This document shows, piece by piece, positions 38,311 through 50,417 of a stretch of 64,000 bases of DNA (position 1 is the first letter of the stretch; every line of letters starts with the position of its first letter). The notes under the pieces are model-generated. The model saw only the letters and a program-made list of their open reading frames with translations, was not told the DNA's origin and searched no databases. Both the position numbers and the translations under genes were made by a program. This DNA is from Octopus vulgaris (taxonomy: Eukaryota). The stretch covers positions 49,228,001 through 49,292,000 of the forward strand of contig OX597819.1 in NCBI GenBank assembly GCA_951406725.2, in the 5' to 3' direction.

Positions 38311-40334
38311 TTATCATCACCATTATTATTAATATTTCTTTTTTTTGAAAGTAAGTAGGATAATGCATTTAGCCTAGGAATGTATTGCAACACCAGTAAA
38401 AGAACTTCTTTCCTAATATAAAGCTCAGAAACTTTAAGATGTTTGGATATTACTTTTGACTCAATGGCTATGAAAATAAATAGGAAACGTTTATTTTACT
38501 TTTATTTGAAACGAAAATGAATTTCCAATACCATAAATTATCTGACCCAATTCATTACTTTTTATATAGTTAATTCTTTCTATCTCGTGGTTTTGATTTT
38601 CATTTATTTAAGCCTTTAAAACTTAATAACCTACAAAATCTTGACTATAATAATGGGCAAAATGGGGTAAGGAAATTGGGGTTGGGGTGGAATCATTAAT
38701 GAAAGGATACTAGAAAATTGTTTATGATAAAGACCTAGAATGCTTGCTGATGTACCATATATGAAAAGGAACAATTACTGAACTCTAAATAACCCTACAT
38801 TCAATCCAAACTTTCTTCTTATTTAATTAGTTCTCAATATGAACTTCTTTCTGACTTCAGAGAAAATAGATACTTAGCTGTTTGGTTATGCTATTTTCAT
38901 ATCTTCAATCTGAAATAGTTTTTATCAGTTCTTACTTTTTTACATGACTCCCTCATGCAGAGGGGTTCATAGAGTTTTTTTTTAATGATTACTGACTGAT
39001 TTTCCTTATTTCCTGACTTCCAACAGCAGTCATCTTCATCCTATTCATGTGGTACCTCACTTATGATTTGCAACTTCAATAACTAGCTTAAATTTTGGTT
39101 TCAAGAACTAATCTAGCATTGAATGTAGAAGACATATTTAAAACTAAGAATGAATAAGCTAACAGGAAAATCTTTATATTGTTGCTCAAACTATTAAAAA
39201 TAGCAGCGAAATTTCCCCTCATATCATACCCTGCTATCTTGAGAACAGTAAAGAAACATTGTATAGTATATTCCCAGGCATATTATGATACTCCTACCCC
39301 AAAAATAAGATGGAGCATTCACAACTGGGATACACTTTTATCATGGTCAGCCCTTCACCAGGGCTAACCTTGGGTCTAAACAGTAACCACACAACAGAAT
39401 CTAAGAATGATTGTAGATGCAAATATGAAAGAGAAGGAAAAGTGAGAAACCAAATCATTCACTTTTTATTATCTTTTTGATGTTTAGTTAATTTCCTAAA
39501 TGATTATGGGTTACCATTATTGGTACTATCTACCCATCCATCAGCTCTATATTTAAATGAAATCATATCTTTATTGAACAAATATTATTTGGTTCTGGAA
39601 AAATCTATTTGTGTATATAAACATTAACTGTAGTACCAGAGATAGCTGGACTTATTGATAAACCTATGAACCAAGCTATGACCTCTGTTTCGAACATAAG
39701 CAAGAAGTGCAACCACCAATAGATAACATGCTTCTTACTAATTTCATTTCCATCTTTTCTGAGGTGAAAGATGATTATTAATTATTTGAACACAGTGCTT
39801 CTTTGTGTGTGTGTGTGCATGTGTGTGTGTGTGTGTGTTTTAAACAATGTCTATACTATGCTGTAAAATTCCAATCAGTCAACAATGAGTAATTTAATAT
39901 CTTGTATTCGCATGCAGAAAATTGTTAGGCTTTTATTGTGTTGTATCCTCAGTAGCTTATATAAATTTATCGATATCCATCACTCCTGAATGGGACTGGA
40001 GGCAAGTCGTCTCACCTTTCTATGATTTTCAGGTGTTTCAACAACCAGTGCAATAAAGACATCATCCCCAAAGCACTATACTGAACAAGCAAAACATGTA
40101 CATTAAGTATGTGCGGTTGATAATGTTTACAACACTAGAGCTGCTTCTATTTGTAATTGAACAAATTTATATAAAGTCTGTACAAGGGTAGGTTTTTTTT
40201 CTTTGCATGCAACAGCATCATCATCATCATTTAATGTCCGTTTTCTGTGCTAGCACGCAGCATATATATATACATACATACATACATACATACATACATA
40301 CATACATACATACATGCATATTTATATATATATC

Positions 40335-40523
40335 TTTTACTCTTTTACTTGTTTCAGTCATTTGACTGCAGCCATGCTAGAGCACCATCTTTAGTCAAGC
40401 AAATCAACCCCAGGACTTATTCTTTGTAAGCCTAGTATTTAGTCTATCGGTGTCTTTTGCCGAACCGCTAAGTTATGGGGATGTAAACACACCAGCATCA
40501 GTTGTCAAGAGATGTTGGGGGGA

Positions 40524-40573
<50 letters not shown>

Positions 40574-40731
40574 TATACACATATACGACGAGCTACTTTC
40601 AGTTTCAGTCTACCAAATCCACTCACAAGGCTATGGTCGGCCCGAGGCTATAGTAGAAAACACTTGCCCAAGGTACCACATAGCGGGACTGAACCCGGAA
40701 CCATGTGGTTGGTAAGCAAGCTACTTACCAC
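40335..40731 (-). mobile_element. SINE family B, full length with internal (CA)n
   Basis: Near-identical to 31660-32050. Confidence 0.9.
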
Positions 40732-41679
40732 GTATGCATGTATGTATATCCTTTTTGTTTGTTTTGTCATAATTTTTCACTCATTACTTTCAAAGTGCAC
40801 CCTTATTGATTGTATCTATATGCCTACATCCGGAGCGTTTGCTACTTTCTGCTGACAAACTGTGATATCTATCTTATCCTAGTCAATCTTTCCTCCAATC
40901 ACAGCATTGGCAAACTGTAAATTTGATGATGTTCTCCAGATATTGATTCAAAACAATCATTTAAAACATGTTTATTTGCATTTGCCTTGTTTTTGTTTTG
41001 TTATTTTGATTTTTTTCTTAAATATGGATTTTTCCTTATCTAATTTATATTTTTATTTTTTCTTTATCCTCCTTTCACCAACACCCTAACTTTATTTTAT
41101 TTATTTCTTAGTACCTCCTTTTTTTGTTTTCTTTTGCTTATTCTTGTCTCTTCTGTCTTACCTCCTGCTCTCTTTCTAACTCCCCTCTCCCACTTCCTCT
41201 GTATTGCTTGCTTTTCATGCTTCTACCTAGTCTATTAGTTCATCTTTATCCTGTTCACCTTATGTATGTATGTTCATGCATATATATGTGTTTGTGTGTT
41301 TCTCTCTTTCTCTCTCTCTCTCGCTCTCACACACACACACACTCTCCCTCTCTCTCACACACACACTCACTCTCTTCCTCTCTTTTCAGTTAATTTCCTC
41401 CTCCTCTTTTGCCCTACTCCTCCTCTCCTACTTTTTCATTTCATATTCTTTTCCTTTTTCCTATACACCAAATCTTTCAAGTAATATTTCTATGTTTTCC
41501 ATATTTTTCAGCATTTTTCTTGTACATTTATCAGTTTCTCTCTCTCTCTCTCTCTTTCTAATTTTCTATTGTACTTTTAAACAAAAGAGTCTTAATCCAC
41601 TATCTTTGCACTCATTCATCCAATGCCACTATTCCTTTCTTCTATACCATCATTTCCTCTTTCCTAACATCACCACTAC

Positions 41680-41690
41680 ACATGCACACG

Positions 41691-41762
<72 letters not shown>
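41680..41762. repeat. (CA)n microsatellite
   Basis: Directly visible. Confidence 0.96.
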
Positions 41763-41763
<1 letters not shown>

Positions 41764-42449
41764 TCAAGTAAGCTAGTATGTTGGTTAATTGGCAGTATCG
41801 TTTCAGCATTGGAAAAATGTTGTATAGGAACTGTTCCAGTTCTTTATATTCTGATTTCAGTTATCGAAGAGGTCAACTCAGTCTTTCCTCCTCCTCCTCC
41901 TCATCATCATCACTATCACCTCCTGAACATTACTGTCTTGAGTTCTTGGACTCATAGAACCTGCCACCAAGTTTCTATGTGCATAGGTGATCAAGATCAT
42001 AGTGACTAAAGGCATTGCTCCAGCATGGCCACTGAAACAAGTAAAAGAGGAAAAGAGTAAAAGAATAAGTGTCACTGTCATACAAACAGTGTCCAAACTG
42101 CCATGGAAAGATGTCTGCCATAGGGAAATATTACTTTGTTTGGAAACAGTTAAGGCTTGATGACAGGAAGAGCATCCAATCTTAGGACATCTGCCTCACT
42201 AAATTCTATCTGATCTATGAAAGCATGGAAAAGTGGATGTTAAACCAACAACGGTGTTGCTGCTGAATATATATCATGACCATCATCATTATCATCATCA
42301 TCGTTTATGTCCATCTTCCATGCTGGCATGGGTGAAATGGTTTGATAGAATTTGACTTGTTAGAGGACTGAAATCATGTTCCTTAGTCTGTTCTGACATG
42401 GTTTCAACTGCTGAAATTCACATGCATGCACACACACACACACAGAGGT

Positions 42450-42780
42450 ATGAGGTTTCTTCATTGGTACTTGAGCAAACATCTTCACAGATCATCATGG
42501 GTATTCCACCCCATTTTGTACCCAGAATGGTCCATTGGAAATGACACCATACTTTTTATGAGTATAGACCAGTAAGATAGAACAAGCCTAATATTCTCAA
42601 TATGGTCTATGATCGCTGTGACATATAACATGTGGCACAATGTGCCCCTGTCCAAGAAATGTCGATTTGATGGAAAGAATGAGCTAAAGTACTGCTCAAA
42701 TATTTGATAATTGCAAACATATCATCTGCATGGGTAATTCAGTAAATTGGCAGTCCAATATGGTTGAATTCTGGCTAAGA
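42450..42780 (-). mobile_element. Possible non-LTR reverse-transcriptase remnant
   Basis: Minus strand ITHADDMFAIIKYLSSTLAHSFHQIDISWTGAHCATCY resembles a YADD motif region; heavily decayed. Confidence 0.35.
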
Positions 42781-42826
42781 ACTCATCTGTCATTTACAAC
42801 AGAAGAATCCACCATACATCCATATA

Positions 42827-42952
42827 AGAGAGAGAGAGAGAGAGACTTGAGAGAGAAAGAGAGACTTGAGAGAGAGAGAGAGACTTGAGAGAGAGAGAGA
42901 CTTGAGAGAGAGAGACTTGAAAGAGAGAGACTTGAGAGAGAAAGACTTGAGA
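42827..42952. repeat. (GA)n-CTT compound minisatellite
   Basis: GA runs of variable length punctuated by CTT seven times. Confidence 0.93.
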
Positions 42953-44944
42953 ATGAGGCAGACAGACATTAGCTCATTATTTTCTCACCATTTTAGCATT
43001 TAGAAAAAAATTTTTGGCAGTAAATGGTATTTTACCTTTCTGCTGGCAGACATTTTGTAGATTAGTTCACTCAAGTTTAAAATGTTTTAATAATGATATT
43101 TGCTGCACATCCTTGTAGCAAAATGCTTGATATCCTAAATTAAGCTAATAATATATTTTATATTCTGCAACATGTTGAGAGTCAAATCAAACAGCATGTG
43201 CACACACATTATTAAGGCATGTGCTTGCTGTGAAATGGGAATTAATGTGTGTGCATATTTGAATGTTTCTATGGCTGGCTGGCTGAATGGTTGGCTGGCT
43301 GGATGTTTGTGTATGTTATTTTTCTTCGATTAGTTTGTCAGAGGAGGAACACTTCTGCAGTTGCTATTGTTACTGTTGTAAAATATTGTATTAGAAAATA
43401 GCTATGAAGACTAAGAACCAAAGAAGTTTAGTATAAAATATAAAAAAAGAGAAAAGAAACACTCAACGTTAACATAAGATTGTTTTTATATTAAAGGGAA
43501 TAATAAAAACAAGATCATTATGTTTTTCCAAGTGGAATTAATATTAACAAAAGAATAATAGTGAGGCATTTGAATGGTTAACAAAAAATTACAAATCATA
43601 AATATAAAAAAAAGACTATTATAAAAAAAGATGAAATTATTCCTATTTAAAAAAATAATAATTTCATATATAAGCTACTGGAAAACTAAATACATAAAAA
43701 AAGATAATATACAGAAACTAATCCAGTCAATTTAATATAAAGAGATTCTTTATAAACAATTGAAAATGAGTTTTTGTTTTAATAAATAAATAAAATTAAA
43801 TAAAACGAATAAATAAAACGAATAAACATTTTTGATGTTTCTCAAATATTTAAAATATTACCAAAATATAAAAAGAGTGTAAAGTGAGTCTGAAATAATA
43901 ATAGCAATCACAATATTTTGTTTTGTTTAACAGCCAATAGAAAAATTATGGAGTTTATAACTGAAAAGCTGGTATTATATATTTTACAAAAATCAAACTA
44001 AGGAACCATAGTGATCTTTTCTCACGTAAGAGAGACTTATTTTCTTTTCCTCTCCTATTTACTGATCTTATAATATTCAATTATAACAAGAATGGAAATT
44101 TAAGAATGTGAAAAACCAATAATTTATTGATAAAAATAGCAATGAATAAATAATTAACATAACTTTCTTTATGAGAATTTAAATTCTGTTTGTTATTGTT
44201 ATTTTTTCTCCAATAAACAAAAGCTTGATGATGAGATGTTTGTGATGTTTCACTATTGGTTACATTGTCGTGTAACTGTGTGGTTGTATGATCCCAGATA
44301 ATTTACACCATTACAATGTGCGCCTCACGCAACCTAACTGCAGGAGAAGTGCCAGCTACTCTCCACTAAAACCTAAGCAAATGCCTATGTTTGCAAAACC
44401 CAGTGATGTAAAACAGATTTTAAGGACATAGTGGGGAAAGTATGCAATGATAGAATAATGAGTTTTTGATTCATTTAATACAGTAATTTGTGAACAGTGA
44501 CATCATTGATTACATTTCCAGTGAACCAATCTCTGGTTCACAGTGTTTCTGACAGCAAGAGTGACAAGTGAGCATTAATAACACAATGCTATAGATTTCA
44601 TATGAAGAACTCCCGTGCCTCATATATGCTTGCATCCTCCACCAATATACAATGATGAAAGATATAAACACTCACACACATTAATGTGTATGAGTATGTT
44701 TGTGTTTGTGTGTGTGTGTGTGTGTGTATACAAATGCTGAATTGTGTTGAACATAAGAGAGAGGATGGCTCAATACATTTTGTAGAGCATATGGTTTATT
44801 GAAACTAATCATTTATCCGTGTGATTTGAATTCCCTTCTACTGTGACCTTCCCACCAGAAGATTGCAGTGTGTCAAGAGATAAATACTGTTTCAAAAACT
44901 ATATATATTTTCAACATGTGGTGACCATTTAATTGAAACACATT

Positions 44945-45100
44945 TGTTCCTTTCTCTCTATTTTTTTCTCTTCTCATCTAGCCTTTCCATAGAAGAGTGC
45001 ATGCTTGAAACAGTCAAGACTTCCTTCAATTTTCCTGAGCATCAACATAATTCACTCTGTGTTTTTTTCTACATCATCTTTGTATATCTTTTTTATACTA
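44945..45100 (+). mobile_element. Penelope-like pLTR fragment with a decayed hammerhead
   Basis: CTTT-CCATAGA-AGAGTGCATGCTT-GAAACAGTC-AAG at 44983-45018, followed by TTCCTGAGC as in the 23275 and 24040 elements. Confidence 0.5.
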
Positions 45101-45121
45101 TGTATGTACATATGTATGCAT

Positions 45122-45122
<1 letters not shown>

Positions 45123-45184
<62 letters not shown>
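45123..45184. repeat. (CA)n microsatellite
   Basis: Directly visible. Confidence 0.97.
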
Positions 45185-45186
<2 letters not shown>

Positions 45187-45406
45187 CAATGGACTTCTGC
45201 ACGCTCACCTAGTGTTAAATCCTATATAAAAGGGGTACAACTCAATGTAAGGCTACAATAGAAGAAACTTGTCCAAGGTAGTGAACAGTGGAATCAAACT
45301 CACCCCACAGTCTTCATAGTTGCTATTGTTTAGTTCTTTGTCAGCCCTGATTAAGCAATCCAATGATCAAAAGTAATAAGCATCCTGTCTTTTTTTTTTT
45401 TTTTGT

Positions 45407-45768
45407 AGGAGTGGCTGTGTGGTAAGTAGCTTGCTTACCAACCACATGGTTCCGGGTTCAGACCCACTGCATGGCACTTTGGGCAAGTGTCTTCTACTAT
45501 ACCCTCGGGCTGACCAAAGCCTTGTGAGTGGATTTGGTAGACGGAAACTGAAAGAAGCCCATCATATATATGTATATATGTGTGTATATATTTGTGTGTC
45601 TGTGCTTGTCCCTCTAACATTGCTTGACAACCGATGCTGGTGTGTTTATGTCCCTGTAACATAGCAGTTCGGCAAAAAGAGACTAATAGAATAAGTACTA
45701 GGCTCACAAAGAATAAGTCCAGGGTTCAATTTGCTTGACTGAAGACGGTGCTCTAGCATGGCCGCAGA
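45407..45768 (+). mobile_element. SINE family B, full length
   Basis: AGGAGTGGCTGTGTGGTAAGTAGCTTGCTTACCAACCACATGGTTCCGGGTTCAG head. Confidence 0.9.
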
Positions 45769-46229
45769 AAAGGTATAATGTACATTATCCAATCTACCTT
45801 TAGTTTTTTAAGAAAGCAGAACGTGATTTGGTGGTAATTTGGCAGCTATTTCTTGTCAAGTTGAGTAACAGTTACAGTTGAGGTCACATTTTTTAAGAGG
45901 TCCACCCAGCTGTAAAAATATTTTTCTCACTGTTTTTATAGAAGAAATGACTGTAAAAATATTTTGTGAAACAGAGGCAAAGAGAATATTTACAATGATT
46001 TTTATTCTAGCAAGGCATAGGAGAGTTTTTACAAAGAAAGAATATATAGCTGATATATTTAATTCCACTATCTTACTAGTGTTTGTATTATCACTCCCAA
46101 CCCTGGAAGCATGAAAGACATAAGATCGTAGCAGAAATTGAACTCAGTAAAGTGTGATATTAAACTTTGGATGTAGTAAAATATCTAGTACAGTACAGAC
46201 CATACCATTATCAACCTTATCTACCTCTC

Positions 46230-46452
46230 TTCTTTCTTACCACATTTCTGTTGAAATATGTTATATTTGCTTCAGTTAATTTTGAAAATAATGAAGAGTT
46301 CAGTAAAATAATTTTGTCCTTATTAATCTGGTGTTTGAAACATAAACTAACCTGAAATTTTGAAGGGAGGTTTTGATTAAAATCAATTTAACATAGGGAA
46401 TTTGAATAAAACTGGGGCCGATCTTATGTAGGCTGGTATTAAAAAGGATTAA
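46230..46452. mobile_element. Old diverged piggyBac-type MITE
   Basis: Degenerate match to 8568-8786 (ATTTCTGTTGAAAT..TCAGTTAATTTTGAAAATAATGAAGA..AGTAAAATAA); similar relics at ~7640-7810, 58370-58460 and 59830-60020. Confidence 0.55.
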
Positions 46453-47489
46453 ATAAAGTAATGAACTCGTATGACTTTTCAGTAATTTTAGAAATATAAT
46501 TTAAATTAAATACTTAAAGTAATTTGAAACTGAAAATTAGACTAAAGTAATCACTCCAAAAGTTATTGAAGTTCAGTTGTTTTTTTTCTGTAGATAAAAC
46601 TTTATGACTTTTAAAATGTTTATAGCAAAGAGAAATCCTTAAAATTTTTGTTTTCAGGATAAATAGCCAAATGCTATGTATGTTTACAATTTTTTTTTTT
46701 TTTTGCTGATTAGCCCCCGGTCAATTCTGGCCAAGTCAAAACTACATTGTGAAATGTGTTATTTGAAGCAGTAGGAAGTAATTTGAGCATGATTTCACTG
46801 TTATTTCCAGCAAGTTGAGTGACCACATAGAGCAAACCACCTTTGATTGGTTCAATTTCATTGAGATTGTTAATACAATGCTTTGTTTGCTTTGAAGGAA
46901 ATATGTTCTTATATAAATGTGTGTGTGTATATATATATATATGGCTATTATATTTGTTTACAATAGACTCAACCTTAACCATTCTTGCATTGTTTAACCT
47001 TTTGAATGTTTCATCCTTAAGTGCCCAATAGAAACTATTGATCTTGCTTATCCTTTTTATATCAATAAAGGAAATTTAATTTTTTGCTAAAACGCTCGTT
47101 TATTGATTTCTGTATTGATTCTTTGAGACTATATTTAATTTTTGTTGTTTTGTTTTTATTTATAAATTTTATAATGCAGAATCATGAACATTCACTATGA
47201 ATGGACTCTAAGCTGTTAGTTACTGGTTTTTAATAACTTTTCTATCACTGATTCATAAAGTGGGTGCTACCCTACCCTTAGAGAAGCTGGAAGATTTAAC
47301 AGTTGTAGTGAGAGGTAAGGGAGCAGTAGAGGACATAGAAAGGAAAAGTGAAGAGTGTAAAAGATCATGAGCAGGGCAACGGGCAACAGGCAACAGGCAA
47401 AGAATATGTATTAGTATTTGATTGTAATACTGCCACCTGCATTAAGCACAATGAGAAAGCATCATCTTATTTAATGAGAAATATAATTT

Positions 47490-48138
47490 CTATTATTGGC
47501 ATAATGTCTCAAATTTGAGGGAGGAGCATAGATGATTAATTGATTTTGACATTTGACTGGTTCTTTATCTTATCAATCCTAGGAAAATAAAAAATAAAGT
47601 TGGCTTCATCAGGATTTGAATTATGTAGAGTCAATACAAATACTGCAAAGTACTTTGTCTAATGCTTTAGTATTACCAAGTCATAGCCATAATGAATAAT
47701 ATTACTTTCAAATTTTGGCACAGGGCCAGCAATTTCAGGTAGCGGGATGGGGTTTGGCAAGTTAATTACATCGATTCCAGTGCTCAGCTGGTACTTATTT
47801 TACTGAACTGAGGGGGTGAAAGGTAAACTTGATGTTGGCAGAATTTGAACTCAGAACATAAAACCAGAAGAAATACCAGGCAGCAATTTTTTCTGGTGTG
47901 GTAATGGTTCTGCTAGCTTATAATGAACAATATTGGTTTTAAATTCTGGAATAAGGCCAGTAATTTTTGATAAGAGAGTAAGTTGGTTAGATAGACCCCT
48001 GTGCTCAACTCATTTTATCAACCCCAAAAGGGTGAAAAGCAAAGTCAACCCCAGTGGCATTTGAACGAAGGATGTAAAGTTGGAAGAAATGCTGTTAAGT
48101 ATTTTCCTCGCACAGTAACAATTCTGCCAGCTCACTGC
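47490..48138 (-). mobile_element. Three tandem diverged SINE family A copies
   Basis: Repeated GGTACTTATTTTA..AAAG..AAAGTTG..GAATTTGAACTCAG..CTGCCAGCTC units. Confidence 0.75.
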
Positions 48139-48192
48139 TCTGTAATGAATAATATTAAAAAAAAGATAATGACATACACACACACACATATG

Positions 48193-48239
<47 letters not shown>

Positions 48240-48913
48240 TATTTTATTTTATAGATATTGTTTTGGCAGAACCGAAGAAGAAATGTTGACAATACATTAT
48301 TGAATATGTAAGATATGGCTTTATTCCATCACCTACAAACATGCTGTTACTAATGTGCCTGATTTGAGAAAAAGCATTTTCCAATGAATGCGTGAAACCT
48401 TCAAGATAAGAAGAGCACTTGAAAAGAATTTGTGCTAAGACAAATAAAGATTTGTCTTTTTTTAAAGCGCTTCCAGATCAATTTTGCAAACAACTGATGT
48501 TGTCAAGTATTTTTCTCCTTCTGCATCGAAACAAAAAAATGATGCTTTATATGCTTTTCACAAAATTTCTTTACTGATTGCTAAATCCAGAAAGCCATAT
48601 ACTATTGGCAGAGGATTGATTCTTCTAGCTCTTAGAGAAGTTCTATATAGCATGTTGCATGAGTCAGCATCTGACATAATCTATAAAATTCCATTTAGCA
48701 ATAATACGATAAATTGATGAAACAAATAAGAATATGCAAGATACATGATGGAACTTTTTGAGAACTGCATGATTTTCTTTACAAATAAATGAAGGGATTG
48801 AAGTCTTGCTGTTAGCTTATATTTGGGCTATAAAAGAAGGAGAAATAACTCAAGAGTTATTACTTGCCATTTGCCATTCAATAAAAGGAAAGTTGCTGTT
48901 TCTTGCGAAAGAA

Positions 48914-49128
48914 AGATGGCGAGCTGGCAGAATTGTAAGAATGCTGGACAAAATGCTTAGTGGCATTTCATCCATCTTTACATTTTGAGTTCAAAATCCA
49001 TCAAGTTCGGCCTTGTGTTTCATCCTTTCGGGATTGAAAAGAAAAAGTACCATTTGAACAATGGGGCCAGTGTAAACAACTAGCCAAGTCCTTTGAAATT
49101 GCTGGCCTTGTACCAAAATTTGAAACCA
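48914..49128 (+). mobile_element. SINE family A inserted in the hAT transposase
   Basis: GGCGAGCTGGCAGAA head; degenerate TSD ending GAAAGAA on both sides. Confidence 0.85.
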
Positions 49129-50200
49129 ATATTCCCTGTGAAAGAATTTTTATAATACTCACTATTTCTAGAAATTAGTTCATGGAGGGCTGCCACCATG
49201 TATCGATTACATAATTAATAAAGCTAATGTTGAATTTATTAGTGGTACATTAAATGATTCCGTGACAAGTAAAAATATTTAGTCATAAAAAATCCTTTAG
49301 TGACCATTTACATTGCTCATTGCAATACATCATTGACAATTAAAAAGAATCAAAAATAATTCTTACAAGAACAAATTATTCAAACAGTTGTGCAAATGAA
49401 ACAATAAGGATTTTATTTGCTTGATATTCCATATTGATGTTAGCTAGTTGTCAAAGGATGACTGACTTATTTTTATAGCCTTTTAAAGAGAGTTTTGGAA
49501 ATCTTTGAAAACATGTTTTCATGTGAGACCACTCGGAATCATTTAAAATGACATAGTTTATATGTAGGATTTATTTTTTAAGTTTAATTAAATGAATTCT
49601 CAACTATATGGAGATGAACTCAGCTTGACTAAAATTAAAGTTGTATTTATGCTTGTGCTTCAAAACTTATTCTGTTCAAATACACCTTGGGGCAAGGAGA
49701 ATGTTACCAGTTTCTGATCCCTTCTGTACCTAAAGAAAAATTAGAAATACATAATGATGACATTCAGTTCTATTATCATCATTCTGAAGCATTTTATATG
49801 GACTTTGATTTGAAGTGAGGACCTTCATAGGGAAGCTGTCTTCAAATCAGAACAAGTTATTCTCTTTTATCAAGTTTCCAGTTGGCATCTTAGACTTGTT
49901 TCCAAGTGTTCAGGAAACAATAACACAACTTACAAGAAGAGTTGAATAAATTAAAACCCAGTGATAAACTGAAGCTCAAATTTAAGAATAGGAACCATCA
50001 TTTCTGGTTGCCTGTCAAATTAGAAATATCTTATCCTGAATTATGGGCTACTATGAAAGACATTCTGAACTGTATTTTAGTCATCATATTTAGATACATG
50101 TGGATTTAACATCCTTACAAGTATGTCAACAAAAAAGAGAAGCCAATTATAAACAATAAAATGGAACAATTAAGAATGGCTTTCTATTATTCTGCTGGAT

Positions 50201-50417
50201 GAAGGCAGTGACGTGGTAGAATTGTAAGCACACTGGACAAAATGCTTCAAAATGCTTAGCAGCAATTTGTCTGTCTTTATCTTCTGAGTTCAAATTTTGC
50301 CAAGGTCGATGTTACCTTTTGGGGACAATAACATAAGTACCAGTCAAGTACTGGGCTCGATGTAATCGAGTTACCTCCTCCCCCAAGTTGCTTGCCTTGT
50401 GCCGAAATTTGAAACCA
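50201..50417 (+). mobile_element. SINE family A with TSD
   Basis: Flanks TATTCTGCTGGATG / TATTCAGCTGGATG. Confidence 0.85.

Noticed and set aside
41270-41776. 168-aa hydrophobic ORF
   Set aside because: CT-rich low-complexity and (CA)n sequence.
43380-44200. Extremely A/T-rich stretch
   Set aside because: No periodicity, ORF or structure beyond composition.
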